Assembly: GCA_964016885.1 (NCBI GenBank)
Contig: OZ024742.1
Location: 302,498,001-302,562,000 of the forward strand
DNA: 64,000 nucleotides
Reading direction: 5' to 3'
Source: Eledone cirrhosa
Taxonomy: Eukaryota
Each line of letters starts with the position of its first letter. The stretch's first letter is position 1. The position numbers were made by a program, and so were the translations under genes. This document shows positions 16,141 to 31,000 of the stretch, in pieces. The notes beneath the pieces were generated by a model. The model was not told where the DNA came from. It ran no database searches and worked only from the letters and a program-made list of their open reading frames with translations.

Positions 16141-16142
<2 letters not shown>
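15540..16142 (+). mobile_element. ORF-less HHR mini-element family H4: inverted copy (15540-15756) plus a permuted 318-nt unit
   Basis: Direct repeat 15765-15824 / 16083-16142. Flanked by (CA)n and (TA)n. Confidence 0.85.
15947..16035 (+). ncRNA. Type I hammerhead ribozyme with extended stem I (intact inverted copy at 15669-15756, minus)
   Basis: ttcaacaaacaagggga-gtgc-taagct CTGAGGA atac-caaca-gtat GAAA cagagatctg TC agctta-tctccctttgtttgttgaa. Predicted cleavage after C16009. Confidence 0.92.
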
Positions 16143-16216
<74 letters not shown>

Positions 16217-16279
16217 TATAAATGTATATATATGTATGTCTATATATATAACATCATAATCAACATCATCATCATCATC

Positions 16280-16690
16280 ATCATTAAACACCTGCTTTCC
16301 CTGCTAACAAGGGCTGGATGGTTTTTCACAGAGCGATTAAATGCAGAAGCGTGCCTACTAACCACCCAGAAAGGCCGTGAGTCTAAATTCGCTTATATAC
16401 GGTCTCACGTTCTACCAAGTGCACCAACACAATAGAGGTTGTCATGTATTTGAAATAATTGAACAGTCTTCTGAAACCTTTGTTTGGCAAGATTTCTACT
16501 ACTGGATGCAATTTCTATCCCTACCCTTTTACTGCGTGTACAGGGTGTATTTATCTTATAGCTCACCAACACTAAACGGATTGTCGCACTGTGAAACAAC
16601 AGAAGGGTTCACTCAACCCTTTTAAGGCATGGTTTATGCCTATATATAGAATCGAGACATATCCGAGGATCTTGCAATTTCAGAGTCAGG
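16280..16690 (-). mobile_element. Diverged SINE
   Basis: (ATC)n tail side, GCTTTCC.TGCTA.CA.GG..TGGA.GG end and GGATGC..TTCT motifs resembling cephalopod SINEs. Confidence 0.45.
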
Positions 16691-16861
16691 TTTTATTATT
16701 GCATCGATCGTGCCTCGAGCTGGTCTCCAGAGAAACGATTGTAATATGTCTAATAAATCTTATTCGTCGCACCACTGATTCTTCGTTTCTTATGTGATAT
16801 ACATATATATATATAAATGAAAGCAAGGAATATATATATATATATATATATATGAGGCCAG

Positions 16862-16903
<42 letters not shown>

Positions 16904-16908
16904 GCCAG

Positions 16909-16956
<48 letters not shown>

Positions 16957-16960
<4 letters not shown>

Positions 16961-17940
16961 ACAGGGAGAAAGAAACGATTATTAGGAAAAAAAAAAAAAT
17001 TTTTTTCCTTTTTTGTTTCTCTCTCTCTTTTTTTCTGGGTTAGAAAAGATTAAAAATAAATTTTTACTTTGTGTGAAGTGTTAAGGTATTAGTTGATTTA
17101 TTTATTATTTAACAATGGCATTTATTTATCTATTTATATATTTAATTATTGTCTATTACCGGTTTCAGCATTTTTATGCATTATCAAATGACAGTGAAAT
17201 GTATTAGTGTGGTGTCACACATGTTAAAGAGAAGGTGCAGAAAGAATAATGTTATTTACAAACAAGGTTTATGAAGTGAAAAGAAAAAAGAAAAAGAAAA
17301 AAAACGTGCATAATGTAGAGCATAAAAAGTCAATGTGGAAGAAAAAATAATGTTATTGCCTCCATCATGGAATCATGGATCAACTAAGCACTCTTGCTAT
17401 ATTAACACATTTTGATCTGCTTAACTTCAATGACTTTGCTTGTAAATAACATTATTTTTTCTTCCACATTGACTTTTTATGCTCCACATTATGCACGTTT
17501 TTTTTCTTTTTCTTTTTTCTTTTCACTTCATAAACCTTGTTTGTAAATAACATTATTTTTTCTTCCACATTGACTTTTTATGCTCCACATTATGCACGTT
17601 TTTTTTCTTTTTCTTTTTTCTTTTCACTTCATAAACCTTGTTTGTAAATAACATTATTTTTTCTGCACCTTCTGTTTAACATGTGCGACACCACACTTAT
17701 ACATTTCACTATCATTTGATAATGCATAAAATGCTGAAACCGGTAATAGACAATAATTAAATATATAAATAGATAAATAAATGTCATTGTTAAATAAATA
17801 AATCAACTAATACCTTAACACTTCACACAAAGTAAAACATTTCGTTTTAATCATTTTCTAACCCAGAAAAAAGAGAGAGAAACAAAAAAGAAAAAAATAT
17901 ATTTTTATTCCTAATAATCGTCTCTTTCTCCCTGTTTTAA
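16957..17940. mobile_element. Large inverted pLTR-like repeat (about 16957-17357 vs 17445-17940) with an internal 101-bp tandem duplication
   Basis: Arms of about 400 bp, spacer of about 88 bp, each arm carrying an HHR. Confidence 0.85.
17708..17752 (+). ncRNA. Hammerhead ribozyme, U3:A8 variant (inverted copy at 17150-17193, minus)
   Basis: t(g/a)tcat TTGATAA tgcat-aaa-atgct GAAA ccgg TA atagaca. TTGATAA is present in both arms. Confidence 0.75.
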
Positions 17941-18012
17941 TATATATGTATATCCTAACTCGTGTGCTTCCTCTCCACATTTTATTATTATTATTATATA
18001 TAAATATATATA

Positions 18013-18060
18013 TTTCTGTCTTTCACCCAGGCGGCCCGGGTTTGATTCCCGGCATGGGAA
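18013..18060 (+). pseudogene. tRNA-Glu(TTC) 3' two-thirds (tRNA pseudogene or SINE head)
   Basis: CTTTCACCCAGGCGGCCCGGGTTTGATTCCCGGCATGGGAA matches the anticodon arm, T arm and 3' acceptor strand of eukaryotic tRNA-Glu. The 5' part is replaced by (TA)n. Confidence 0.75.
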
Positions 18061-18156
18061 GGTTGTTTGTCAGGTGGTCCTATTAAGTTAGTCATGGCCT
18101 GGGCCAATACTGGCTTAAACCTATCAAAGTTATCAAAGGCATATATATATATATAT

Positions 18157-18340
18157 CCTAATGGTCAGGATGTTTGCCGTAAAATCGTAATGTCATCGGT
18201 TCAATTCCTGGACAGGCTGCTGTGTTGTGTTCTTGGGCAGAAGTATACACAGTCGAGAGTGAGTACCAGTTAGTCAAGAAGTTAGTCCTGCGATAGACTG
18301 GAGTCTTGTACTCTCAGTCGCTTAACGCCAAGGAAACCAG
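18157..18340 (+). mobile_element. tRNA-derived CORE-like SINE
   Basis: GGTTCAATTCC B box, TGTGTTCTTGGGCA core-like motif, CCTGCGATAGACT..GTCGCTT..GGAAACC 3' block. Confidence 0.6.
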
Positions 18341-19770
18341 ATACAACCTCTGCAGTCAGGTGACAACTACAGATATCTTGGACAAGATGAGAATGTCAGA
18401 TATGATGGACCCATAAATAAGGAGAGAACCAGAACTGAATACCTCAGAAGAGTAAAGAAAATATGGTCATCAGAACTGTCAGCATACAACAAATACATTG
18501 CCCACAATACTTATGCTGTGCCAATTCTAACGCCAACATTTGGCCTACTGAACTGGTCATTGCAAGAACTAAGTGAGATGGATGTTAGAACTCGAAAACT
18601 TCTCAGTGTTACTGGGAACTTTAACATCAATGGTGATGTGGATAGGCTATACTTCTCACGCAAGGAAGGTGGCCGGGGTCTAAAATCAATATTAACAACA
18701 TATGAGACCCGGATAGTAACACTGAAGCAACACCTTCAACAGAGGAAAAAGGTTGGCAACCATCTTGCCCAGGTTTATGACCAAGAAAAAAGAAATATCA
18801 TTAGAATAGCGACTGATCTGGAGGAGAGATATGGAATAAAGCCTGATATAAATCTCTCACGCAGAGAAATCGGAAGATCCTATTCAATGTTCAAACAAGA
18901 TAAAAAAATTGACCAATTTACAGAAAAAGTTGTGCATGGATACTTGAGGCGTAAAACACAGACCATAGAGGGGATAAACCACTCAAAAAGCCTGGCATGG
19001 AGTTCCGACAAGTTTATGACATCACACCTTGAGGGATATCTCTATGCAATACAGGAACAAGAACTCCCTACCAAATATCTGCTGCGCAAAAGAGGAGGGC
19101 CAGCAGCTGACAATAAATGTAGGCTATGTAAAACAAAGATCGAGGATGTAAGCCACATTGTTGCCAGCTGCGAAAGAATGTCATCTCGCTACTACCTTCC
19201 CATGAGACACGATGGAATAGCTAGAACCATCTGGAACGCACTTCGGAAAACAAAATTAACAACAAACGAGGAAGAATATATTGAGACAGATGGCACTAAG
19301 GAATACTGGTGGAACCTGAAAATAAAAACTGCCACCAAATTAAAGCACAACCGGCCTGATATTGTAGTTTGGGACCACACATTGAAAACGTGTTCTGTTG
19401 TGGAGATCAGCTGCCCACTTGATGTAAACGTTGTCAGAAAAATACAGGAGAAGGAGGACATCTACGGACCATTGATGAGGAGTTTACAAATCCAGTATCC
19501 AAGATACACCTTTAGCTTCATACCCATCATTATTGGTGCTACGGGTTATATACCAACCCGCTTGGACCAAAGTATGACTGAACTTGGATTTGCGGACAAA
19601 AAGCGCAGCTCCCTAATTCATAGTCTACAAATGGCTGCGATAGCTGGCACCTTCAAAATTTGCCAAACATTCTTGCGATTCAAGGGATGACAATTTCTTT
19701 TCTTTTACAACCTTGCCACCAGGAAGGTGGCCGGTCAAAAAAATATACTCGAAATTAAGAGAAAGAGAAA

Positions 19771-19795
<25 letters not shown>
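18341..19795 (+). mobile_element. 5'-truncated copy of R4-like family 2 with an (ATAC)n tail
   Basis: ORF 18518-19690 differs from the C-terminus of 33845-37228 at 7 of 390 aa. Near-identical 3' UTR. Confidence 0.93.
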
Positions 19796-19834
<39 letters not shown>

Positions 19835-19835
<1 letters not shown>

Positions 19836-20367
19836 TGGTGGCTGCCAACTCGTTTTCGAGTACGGCCACTATTTTATATCCACGTAGGAGAACCCCTACC
19901 GATGCGCTGAACGAGTGTGATCTTTTAGTCCAGGCAGCGACTTGTAAACTCTGGTACAAACACTACACTTGTGACAATTATTGACACATAGTGCTGGGCC
20001 CATGGTACCATGTAACGACAAGTGCAGAGAGATCTTCAGATATAAAGCAATGCCTGTGCCGTGAAGCTTTTATAGTGAGCAAAGGCACTGCACAAAGCCA
20101 GTTCCACTCTCTTAACCAAGATGATATTTACCAAAAAGAACAAGTCAACATCATTGGATACCATCAGGGTTGCAGGTGTTATATCAGAATTTTCCTTCTC
20201 CTAGAATTCTGCCGGTGATTTTGGATGACCATTGACTATTAAGAGCTCCTTTGCCCTTTGACAGGTTTTGTTTTTAGTCCTGCAGGATGTCCAAAGTCAC
20301 CCTCCTCACCAAGAAACCTTGGTGGGGTTGCCAGTTTAGTCGCCAACGACCCGACCATGAGACAGGT
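19835..20367 (+). mobile_element. Decayed 3' end of another probable RLE-type non-LTR element (second 3' end copy at about 57975-58108)
   Basis: Shared 3' sequence GTCCTGC.GG.TGTCCAAA.TCACCCTCCTCACCAAG.AA.CTTGGTGGGGT.GCCAGTTTAGT..CC.ACGACCCGA. Frameshifted EAFIVS.KG..SSTLLTKM residues. (CATA)n tail. Confidence 0.5.
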
Positions 20368-20388
20368 ATACATACATACATACATACA

Positions 20389-20424
<36 letters not shown>

Positions 20425-20455
20425 TATAAATATATATATATAATTATATATATAT

Positions 20456-20826
20456 AATTGTTTCTACTTTTTGGCACAAGGCCAGCAAATACCCAGTACA
20501 TTACTGGTACTTTATTTTATCGACCCCGTAAAGAAGAAAGGCAAAGCTAACCTCGGCAGCATTTGAACTCAGATCGTAAAGGGAGGTAACTCTATACTTC
20601 AAAGCATAGCGCCTGACTCTCTACCGATACTGCCAATCCACCGCCCTATAAATAATTGTTTCTACTTTTGGCACAAGGCCAGCTATTACCCCACTGTATT
20701 ACTGGTACTTTATTTTATCGACCCCGTAAGGATGAAAGGCAAAGTTAACCTCGGCGGGATTTGAACTCAGAATGGCAAGGGCCGTAACTCAATACGCCCG
20801 ACCCTCTACCGATACTGCCAATCCAA
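20456..20826 (-). mobile_element. Two tandem SINE S1 copies (20456-20647, 20653-20826)
   Basis: Same B box and central domain. Confidence 0.85.
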
Positions 20827-20835
20827 ATGAAGAGG

Positions 20836-20995
20836 AACGAGGTGCCAAAGTATCATCATTGAGTTTATTCATGTGTGTCGCGCGTTTCACAATCATCCCG
20901 GCTCTGGAATTATTAGCTCATCAGACTTGAGCTGATCAATCATGAAACGCATGATACCCCTGAAGAAACTTATAATAATATTTTGACACATCGTT
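20836..20995. mobile_element. Old fold-back HHR mini-element; decayed ribozyme at 20876-20927 (minus)
   Basis: Minus strand: gt CTGATGA gctaataattcc..gggatgattgt GAAA cgcg CG ac (cleavage triplet mutated). Diverged inverted arms. Confidence 0.6.
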
Positions 20996-21000
20996 TTGGG

Positions 21001-21133
21001 AGTATCGGTAGAGGGTCGGACGCCATGCTTTGACGCATAGAGTTACGGCCCTTGCCATTCTCAGTTCAAATCCCGCCGAGGTTAACTTTGCCTTTCATCC
21101 TTATGGGGTCGATAAAATAAAGTACCAGTAATC
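21001..21133 (+). mobile_element. SINE S1
   Basis: As above. Confidence 0.85.
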
Positions 21134-21145
21134 CACTTATATATA

Positions 21146-21894
<749 letters not shown>

Positions 21895-22094
21895 CGAAGG
21901 AAATGTGGTAAGGAACCAAGTGGACCATAACGCACCAAAGTACTGAATACTTAGGGTAGTAGAGTGGGTAATAGGAACGAGTAGGACCCCGACGACTGAG
22001 CTCAAGCCGTTTCGACGGCTAATTCTGGACTATTTTAGTCCAGAATTAGCCGTCGAAACGGCTTAAGCTCAGCCGTCGGGGTCCTACTCGTTCC

Positions 22095-22285
<191 letters not shown>

Positions 22286-22417
22286 GTGAGGTTTTCTTTA
22301 CAAAATGAAAAATAACCGAGGTGTCCTACACGAGTGAAAGTATAAAGAAAAAAAGATGAAATCGAAAATACAACTGGAGTCTTATTTAAAAAAAAATATA
22401 TATATATTTATTTGGTT

Positions 22418-22455
22418 CCTTTACCGGTTTCGCAGTTCTTCTGCTTTTCAAAAGT
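22418..22455 (-). ncRNA. Hammerhead ribozyme, U3:A8 variant
   Basis: Minus strand: ctt TTGAAAA gcag-aagaa-ctgc GAAA ccgg TA aag. Confidence 0.75.
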
Positions 22456-23364
22456 AGAGTTCAGATGGAGGGTCTGTGGTTTTTCTCACATCTATATATA
22501 TATATATATTCATATAAGTATTGAAGTTTCCGTTGAAAATTGAAAAAGTCATAGGAGTGAAGAGTGCTCTATGTAAGTACCAGAGTTAAATGTAATGTAT
22601 AATAAACAATACAATATAATTACCTCATTACCAGAGGTTTCCCGAATAAGACGAATACGAAAAACGTGTGATTAGATATACATGTAGCGATATATATATA
22701 TACGTACCTCGTGTGTATGTACGCATGCATGCGCTTTTGTCTGTACGTATTTATATGTATATATATTTATATATATATATGTGTGTGTACATGCGTACCT
22801 ATGTTTGTTTTCTTTTTTCTAGTGTTAATTGATAACCCCTTCCTCTTACTTTCTCTTTGATTAAAAAATTTTTTTTTCATTCTCATATATTGTTTCATTT
22901 TTATACATATATCGAGAATGACACTTCTTTTTTTTACTATTACACTCCCTTCCCTCTTTATCTTCCGCATATAAATGATGGTACGTGTGTGTGTGTTTAT
23001 ACGCGTGCTTTCATACTCGTATGTGTATATATTTAATACCTGTATCTGGATGTGTGTTAACTATATTATCTTACAATTTCTTTTTCAGCTCATATTATAT
23101 ACGTATTTGTGGTCACACATATACAAATATACTTGCCCTCATATATGTACTTACGCACACATTTTCAACATACACATGCATTTGTACATACACACATATG
23201 TACATTTGTGAGTGTATATACATACATATACACATACCCTAACTATATTTCCTTATTTTTTTATATATATCTCTTGCATTACTTTTATTTATATATTTTT
23301 TTGCCCGTTAAACTCTTGCCGTTCTTGAGGAGATTTTTCAAATATTTCACTATGTTTTAAATTG

Positions 23365-23432
23365 CCTTGTCCGATGAACGAATGAGGACGTTTTTCGTAT
23401 TCGTCTTATTCGGGAAACCTTTGGTAGTGAGG
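23365..23432 (+). ncRNA. Hammerhead ribozyme, U4C variant; a partial inverted copy lies at about 22592-22667
   Basis: ccttgt CCGATGA acgaatgaggacg..cgtcttattcgg GAAA cctttgg TA gtgagg. Confidence 0.65.
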
Positions 23433-23466
23433 TAATTATATTGTATTGTTTATTATACATTATATA

Positions 23467-23551
<85 letters not shown>

Positions 23552-23591
23552 TTATACACACACGCACACATACACACGCACACACATATAA

Positions 23592-23638
<47 letters not shown>

Positions 23639-23641
23639 TAC

Positions 23642-23841
23642 NNNNNNNNNNNNNNNNNNNNNNNNNNNNNNNNNNNNNNNNNNNNNNNNNNNNNNNNNNN
23701 NNNNNNNNNNNNNNNNNNNNNNNNNNNNNNNNNNNNNNNNNNNNNNNNNNNNNNNNNNNNNNNNNNNNNNNNNNNNNNNNNNNNNNNNNNNNNNNNNNNN
23801 NNNNNNNNNNNNNNNNNNNNNNNNNNNNNNNNNNNNNNNNN
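23642..23841. other. Assembly gap (200 N)
   Basis: Run of N. Confidence 1.
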
Positions 23842-23849
23842 CATCAGGA

Positions 23850-23898
23850 AGCTCTGATGATTTCTCACGAATGAAACACTTCTAGGCCTGTAGGAGCT
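23850..23898 (+). ncRNA. Hammerhead-like motif
   Basis: agct CTGATGA tttc-tcac-gaat GAAA ca..tg TA ggagct. Stem I is imperfect. Confidence 0.6.
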
Positions 23899-24030
23899 CT
23901 TCTATATTAAAACATTTATACTCTACTATGTATTGAGTACCTTACTTACTGTGGTTACCCTCGATTAAACCCGGAATAACTTATAAATATATACATATAT
24001 AATTACATTATATATGTATATATTTATATA

Positions 24031-24084
<54 letters not shown>

Positions 24085-24089
24085 CATTA

Positions 24090-24127
<38 letters not shown>

Positions 24128-24158
24128 CATTATATATGTATATATATTTATATATAAT

Positions 24159-24194
<36 letters not shown>

Positions 24195-24327
24195 AATATA
24201 TATATATATATATGTATAATATATATATATATATATATGTATAATATATATATATATATGTATAATATATATATATGTATAATATATATATATATATATA
24301 CATATAATATATATATATATATATATA

Positions 24328-24362
<35 letters not shown>

Positions 24363-24365
24363 ATA

Positions 24366-24423
<58 letters not shown>

Positions 24424-24622
24424 TTATATATAATTATATACATACATATATACATACATATGCATACATACACACACACACGTTATATATATAGTAGAAA
24501 GAGTGGGATAAAGAATTGTTACAGACTGCTGTGTGATAGTATCACCGTCGGTCTTACCAAAAGGAATGCTCTATGCGTTCTTCTAAATTTTATAAATCTC
24601 GAGTATATCTATACATATATAT

Positions 24623-24660
<38 letters not shown>

Positions 24661-24731
24661 GTACACCCCCTCCCTCTCAAGCTAACACTTTGCACTGCAC
24701 TCTTCGTTATTGTTTTTGTTTTCTGTTATAA

Positions 24732-24772
<41 letters not shown>

Positions 24773-24784
24773 CTTTGTATATAT

Positions 24785-24827
<43 letters not shown>

Positions 24828-25005
24828 CTTTGTATATATATATACATATAATATATATATATATACATATAATATATAATATATATATTCATATATAGAG
24901 ATAATATATATATATATATAAATATAAGATATAATATATATACCTACATATAATATATATATACATATAATATATACATATATACATATAGTATAATATA
25001 TATAC

Positions 25006-25100
<95 letters not shown>

Positions 25101-25143
25101 TATATATAAATATATATATATATTTTAAATATATGTATATTTC

Positions 25144-25197
<54 letters not shown>

Positions 25198-25355
25198 TAT
25201 GTATATATATATAATTAGAAATATACATATGCTTAAATTATATGTGAACCTACTGTTACTGTCCCTGGATATATATATATATATACATATATATAATTAG
25301 AAATATACATATATTAAAATTATATGTATATATACATATATACATATATCAAATT

Positions 25356-25397
<42 letters not shown>

Positions 25398-25703
25398 TAG
25401 ATATATGGCTGGAACAGGTAAAAGAGTAAAAGAGTATATATATATATTATATATATGACGAAGGAGGTGTGGTAATGGGGAACCAGATGGACCATAACGC
25501 ACCAGAGTACTCAATACTTAGGGTAGTAGAGTGGGTAATAGGAAAAATGTTAACCCCGACGGCAGAGCTCAAGCCGTTTCGACGGCTATTTCTGGACTCT
25601 AGAAATCGATGTCTAGAAATAGCCGTCGAAACGGCTTGAGCCCCTGCCGTCGGGGTTAAACTTATTCCAATATTATACACACACACACACACACATATAT
25701 ATT

Positions 25704-25800
<97 letters not shown>

Positions 25801-25820
25801 ATATATATATATATATACAT

Positions 25821-25884
<64 letters not shown>

Positions 25885-25887
25885 ATA

Positions 25888-26033
<146 letters not shown>

Positions 26034-26639
26034 AATGTATATATATACATGAATATACGAAGTTCATTTCGACCTGTTAAATTATACATATATATGTATA
26101 TGGCCGAAACTCGAGTACGAGTATAGATTGGAGGTACCCATTTACGTGTGTTGTATTGAAGCAAATCACTATATGTCTACTCAGGGATTTTACACTACAT
26201 TAGCTATTGAGTACGCTGAGCTACATATATATATGTATACATAAATATATATATATACATAAATATGTATATATATATATACATATATTATATAAATATA
26301 TATATTATATGGAAACAGTTATATATGTATCTAAATATGTATGTATCTATGTATATATGTATCTGCCTATTTACTTCTATCAGTCTACGCAGCTAACTAT
26401 TTATGTATGTATATACATTTTTCATAACATATTGATTATACATTAGCTAACAATTATTTCTAATTTAAGTATACACCCTACATTTTTCATAACATATTGA
26501 TTATACATTAGCTAACAATTATTTCTAATTTAAGTATACATCCTACATCTTTTAGTGATGTTGAAAGTCAATTATTGCGACCCTATGACTTTGCTAGGTC
26601 TTATATATATTGGTTGTTGATGTAGGCGCACGACCAACA

Positions 26640-26832
26640 ATTTTCGGGTAGAGCAATGTTGATTAAATGACCCCTAGTCTATTACTGGTGCTTTATTTTA
26701 TTTTATCCATCCCGTAAGCATGAAAGGCATAGCTCACATCGACGGAATTTGAGTTCAGAATGTAAAGGGCCGTAACTCTATGCCGCAAAGCATGTTGTCC
26801 GACGCTCTATCGATACTGCCAATCCACCACCC
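26640..26832 (-). mobile_element. Diverged SINE S1
   Basis: ATGAAAGGCA..GGAATTTGAGTTCAGAATGTAAAGGGCCGTAACTC..GATACTGCCAATCCACC. Confidence 0.75.
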
Positions 26833-27707
26833 TGGCATTTATATATAATAAAACTGAGCTAAGGCCAGTACTCAGTTGATATAACATGTGGAGCTTCATA
26901 CCAATGTGGTAGGGCCGATGTGCAATGAATCCGTCCAGAAGAGGGACCCAAAACGGTGCCCCATCTCTCTTCATTGATTCCATAAACCTGATAGTGTCAT
27001 GTATGCGAGGCTTTTAAATGGCACCATTTATTTCTGCGAATCGATAACAAAAAAAAATCTACAGCTGCTGAATCAAATGGAAGGAGAACAGAATGGACCT
27101 CCATCTGTTTCTGTGTACAGTTTCATTCTCCAGGCATGAGTCGACTAGAGGTGAACCCCCATTTGCTCATAATAGTGAGAGATGGGGAGAGTGTGAGAGC
27201 TGGAGGCAGTGACAGTGGGAGTTTGGTTCCTTTGTGTTTGAACCTGGTGTATATGATTCACAGACACACACTCACACTGTTAAATAATTAAAAAGCAATC
27301 TCGATTAAGTTGATACCATACCTGCCGCATTGCACAATCTTGGCTGATCCAGGTTTCTGAGAAGCATGGTGACTGTGCCCTTCTTCAATTTAAGTTTGTT
27401 TGGCAGCATACCGGAATATGTATGATCATCCTCGTCGACAACTTCGTCGATAGTATTGCCGAAGATGTCATACAGTGGGGTCGAACCCGGGACCTAATTA
27501 TTACGAAGTCAACTTCTTAACTATTCGTCTATGCTATGTCCACGCCACAGAGAAAAATGTGCTCCAGCATGGCCTATTATTAGCTAAACTGAACTGAAGA
27601 TTCTCATAGTTGAGTGATGAGATATCAACTATAGATTCATCACACACTGAAAAGTTAAACGCATCAATCACAAACTCATACATACAGTTACACGCAAACA
27701 GGTACGC

Positions 27708-27844
<137 letters not shown>

Positions 27845-28048
27845 GATGTACTCATAAAAACTAATGTACACACGCAATCATTCACATAAATATTTATGTT
27901 TAAACATATGTATGTTTGCATACATCTATCTACCGACCTCTCTCGCCCCTTCCCTCAATCCTCCTCTCTGCCATTACCTCTGTCTGTCTTTCTTGCGAGC
28001 ACACACACACCCAAACCCAGTCTCTCTCTCTCTCACTCTCTCTCTCTC

Positions 28049-28137
<89 letters not shown>

Positions 28138-28267
28138 CATTCTCTATCTCTATTCATCTAGTTATCTCCCCATCATAATTTATACAACTATCTATCTATT
28201 TATCTCTGTCGGTCCCGCTATCTATCTATCTATATTTATCTATCTACACACCTATCAACTCTTTACC

Positions 28268-28298
<31 letters not shown>

Positions 28299-28390
28299 CT
28301 ATCTATCTTGTCCCACTTTTGATGCCCTAGTGGCAAATAAAAGAAACATATCTATCTATCTATCTATCTACACACCTATCAACTCTTTAC

Positions 28391-28471
<81 letters not shown>

Positions 28472-29011
28472 GACCCAGCGCCATTTTGATTCCATACATT
28501 TTCGTTTAATTTAAAATATCTGAAATAACCATTATGATGAAAATGATGATGATGATGATGATAGTGATGATGGTGCTGGTAATGGTGATGATGTTGATGG
28601 TGGTCGTAGTGATGCTGCTGCTGAGGTTAATGGTGGTGATGATGATGATATTAATGACGCTATGAAAACAATATAAACAATAACAATAATAGTATTAACA
28701 TAATAATGAAAAAGTATGAAAATGAGTACAGACACACAAACACACACACCATACACACACGCGCACACACATATATATACACGCATATGTCCGTATACAC
28801 ACGCACATTCACACAAGGCATATCCGCCCCCCCCCCCCACACACATATATATATATATATATATCCACTCAAACACAGACACACATACACACACACATAT
28901 ATATGTATGTATGTATATATATATATAAATATATACACTATATACACTCAAACTCAGACACACAGACACACACACACATACATACACACATACATACATA
29001 CACACACACAC

Positions 29012-29046
<35 letters not shown>

Positions 29047-29180
29047 AACACGCAAATTATTAAAAAGAAAAAGGCAAAACTAGAGTAGGTGAAAAACGAG
29101 GAAATATGTAAATACATAAATTTTAATAATAATAACAATAACAACAACAGCACCAACAACAACAACAACAACAACAACAA

Positions 29181-29212
<32 letters not shown>

Positions 29213-29678
29213 ACAACAACAACAACAACAATAATAATAATAATAAATATAATAATTATAAGATAAAAATATAAACAAATTCATTTAAAAGATGTTACAT
29301 GCGTTTTAAGCGGTTTTAAGTCCTCAAGATTTTACAACCCATCATAATGGTTTAGAAAATTGAATTATATTTTATCATCCTTTAAGTTTATTGATATTAA
29401 AGCTGTTCCACCACCTTGTTTATTTACTATTGTTTTAAACATATTTTTTAATTCGATTTTATTTTTTGGGTTTCACTTATTTATTTATTTTTTCCTTCGC
29501 ATTTTTCTTCTTTCTTCTTTTCCCTGAAAATTAATCAGAAATTTATATTTCAGCAATAATATTTTAACGCGTTTTATTATTATCAAATATTTATATTACG
29601 TTCGACCACTTATTAATATTATTGTTGATGTTATTGGTATCATTATTATTAATATTATTATTGTTAATGTTGTTGGTC

Positions 29679-29737
<59 letters not shown>

Positions 29738-30137
29738 GTTATGTTTTAAAATTTTCCCTTTCATCCATAATGATGTGTATAGATGTTTCGTGTGTTTTTC
29801 TTTTTCAATTACATCCATCTCGCCTCCATTTCTGTCCTTCTTCCATCCTCATTTGCATCCATTCTTCGTTCCCTAATCCTTCTTTCCCACTCTTAATTTT
29901 CTCTTCGCTACCCAATGTCCGTCGTCTCTGCACGGCAAGATTGTTGCCGTTTAAAATCTCTGATATTTGCTGTCTTAACTTCAGTCATCCATCTATATAT
30001 CTGCATCCCAATCTTTCTTTTCTTTTGTCTAGATCTGTTTGTTTCTTTACACAAGATACACACACACAAAGACACCCATACACACACATATATTATACAC
30101 ATTCACGCACACACATACATATGTGTGTGTGTGTGCA

Positions 30138-30194
30138 AGTTGTCTGATGAGCCTATGAGTACGCAGGCGAAACTCCAGAATAACCCTACCAACT
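30138..30194 (+). ncRNA. Hammerhead ribozyme, partly decayed
   Basis: gt CTGATGA gcct..aggc GAAA ctccagaa TA ac. Stem II is perfect; stems I and III have mismatches. Confidence 0.6.
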
Positions 30195-30728
30195 AGCATC
30201 AGGAAACTCTGAGTACCTAGGAAGATATCATGGTAAGAGAAAGTAGGAAATAACAGAAAAAAACAAAAAAAAACAACAACAAAAATCAACAAAGCAAACA
30301 AACAAACAAACAAACAAATAAAAACTTTTCTCGATACTCAAAGAAACAATAAAATATAAAACGAGAAACAAACTATTTTGAAACAATAAATTTAAATAAC
30401 ATGGTTGAGGAGACAAAAACAAACGAAAACGGAATTACAAAAGATAACAAAGATGAACTGGAGAGAAAAACCACTCCATAGACAATACCCTATAAGGCCA
30501 GACAGAGATGAAGTAAGCAAAAGTGGAACTTAATAATGGCTCAAAGGCTCTTAATGTCGCGGTCGGGTTTATACACAGACACACACACACACACATACAC
30601 ACATATAAATATATATATGTAGTTAATAAATGAAGCAAAACAAAACACAAGAAGCACAATTACACAATTATATTGGGTTCACGCCTGGAGAAAGTGGAGG
30701 ATATGTATATATATATATATATATATAT

Positions 30729-30861
30729 CAGGGGCGAAGGGGCCGTGCATGCGTTATTGCGTTATAGAATCTTGAGTTGATCAATTAAGGCTGCACAGCC
30801 CCACTTTCCGCCATGGCGATTGGACTGCATGCCCTGCTTTCCAGGTTACCCTTCGCCACTG
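30729..30861. mobile_element. 133-bp MITE inserted in (TA)n
   Basis: Terminal inverted repeats CAGGGGCGAAGGG / CCCTTCGCCACTG. Confidence 0.75.
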
Positions 30862-30868
30862 ATATATA

Positions 30869-30909
<41 letters not shown>

Positions 30910-31000
30910 TATATATAGAGTTATATACTCAAATAGTCTTTTACAATTAAATAGCTCAAAGAAAGGACTATTTCTGAGCCGTGTAATACAAATGAATATA

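Noticed and set aside
26050-26125. GAAA-ctcgag-TA half ribozyme (similar relics at about 43336 and 57640-57705)
   Set aside because: The 5' core strand or stem I is missing or too decayed to call as a ribozyme.
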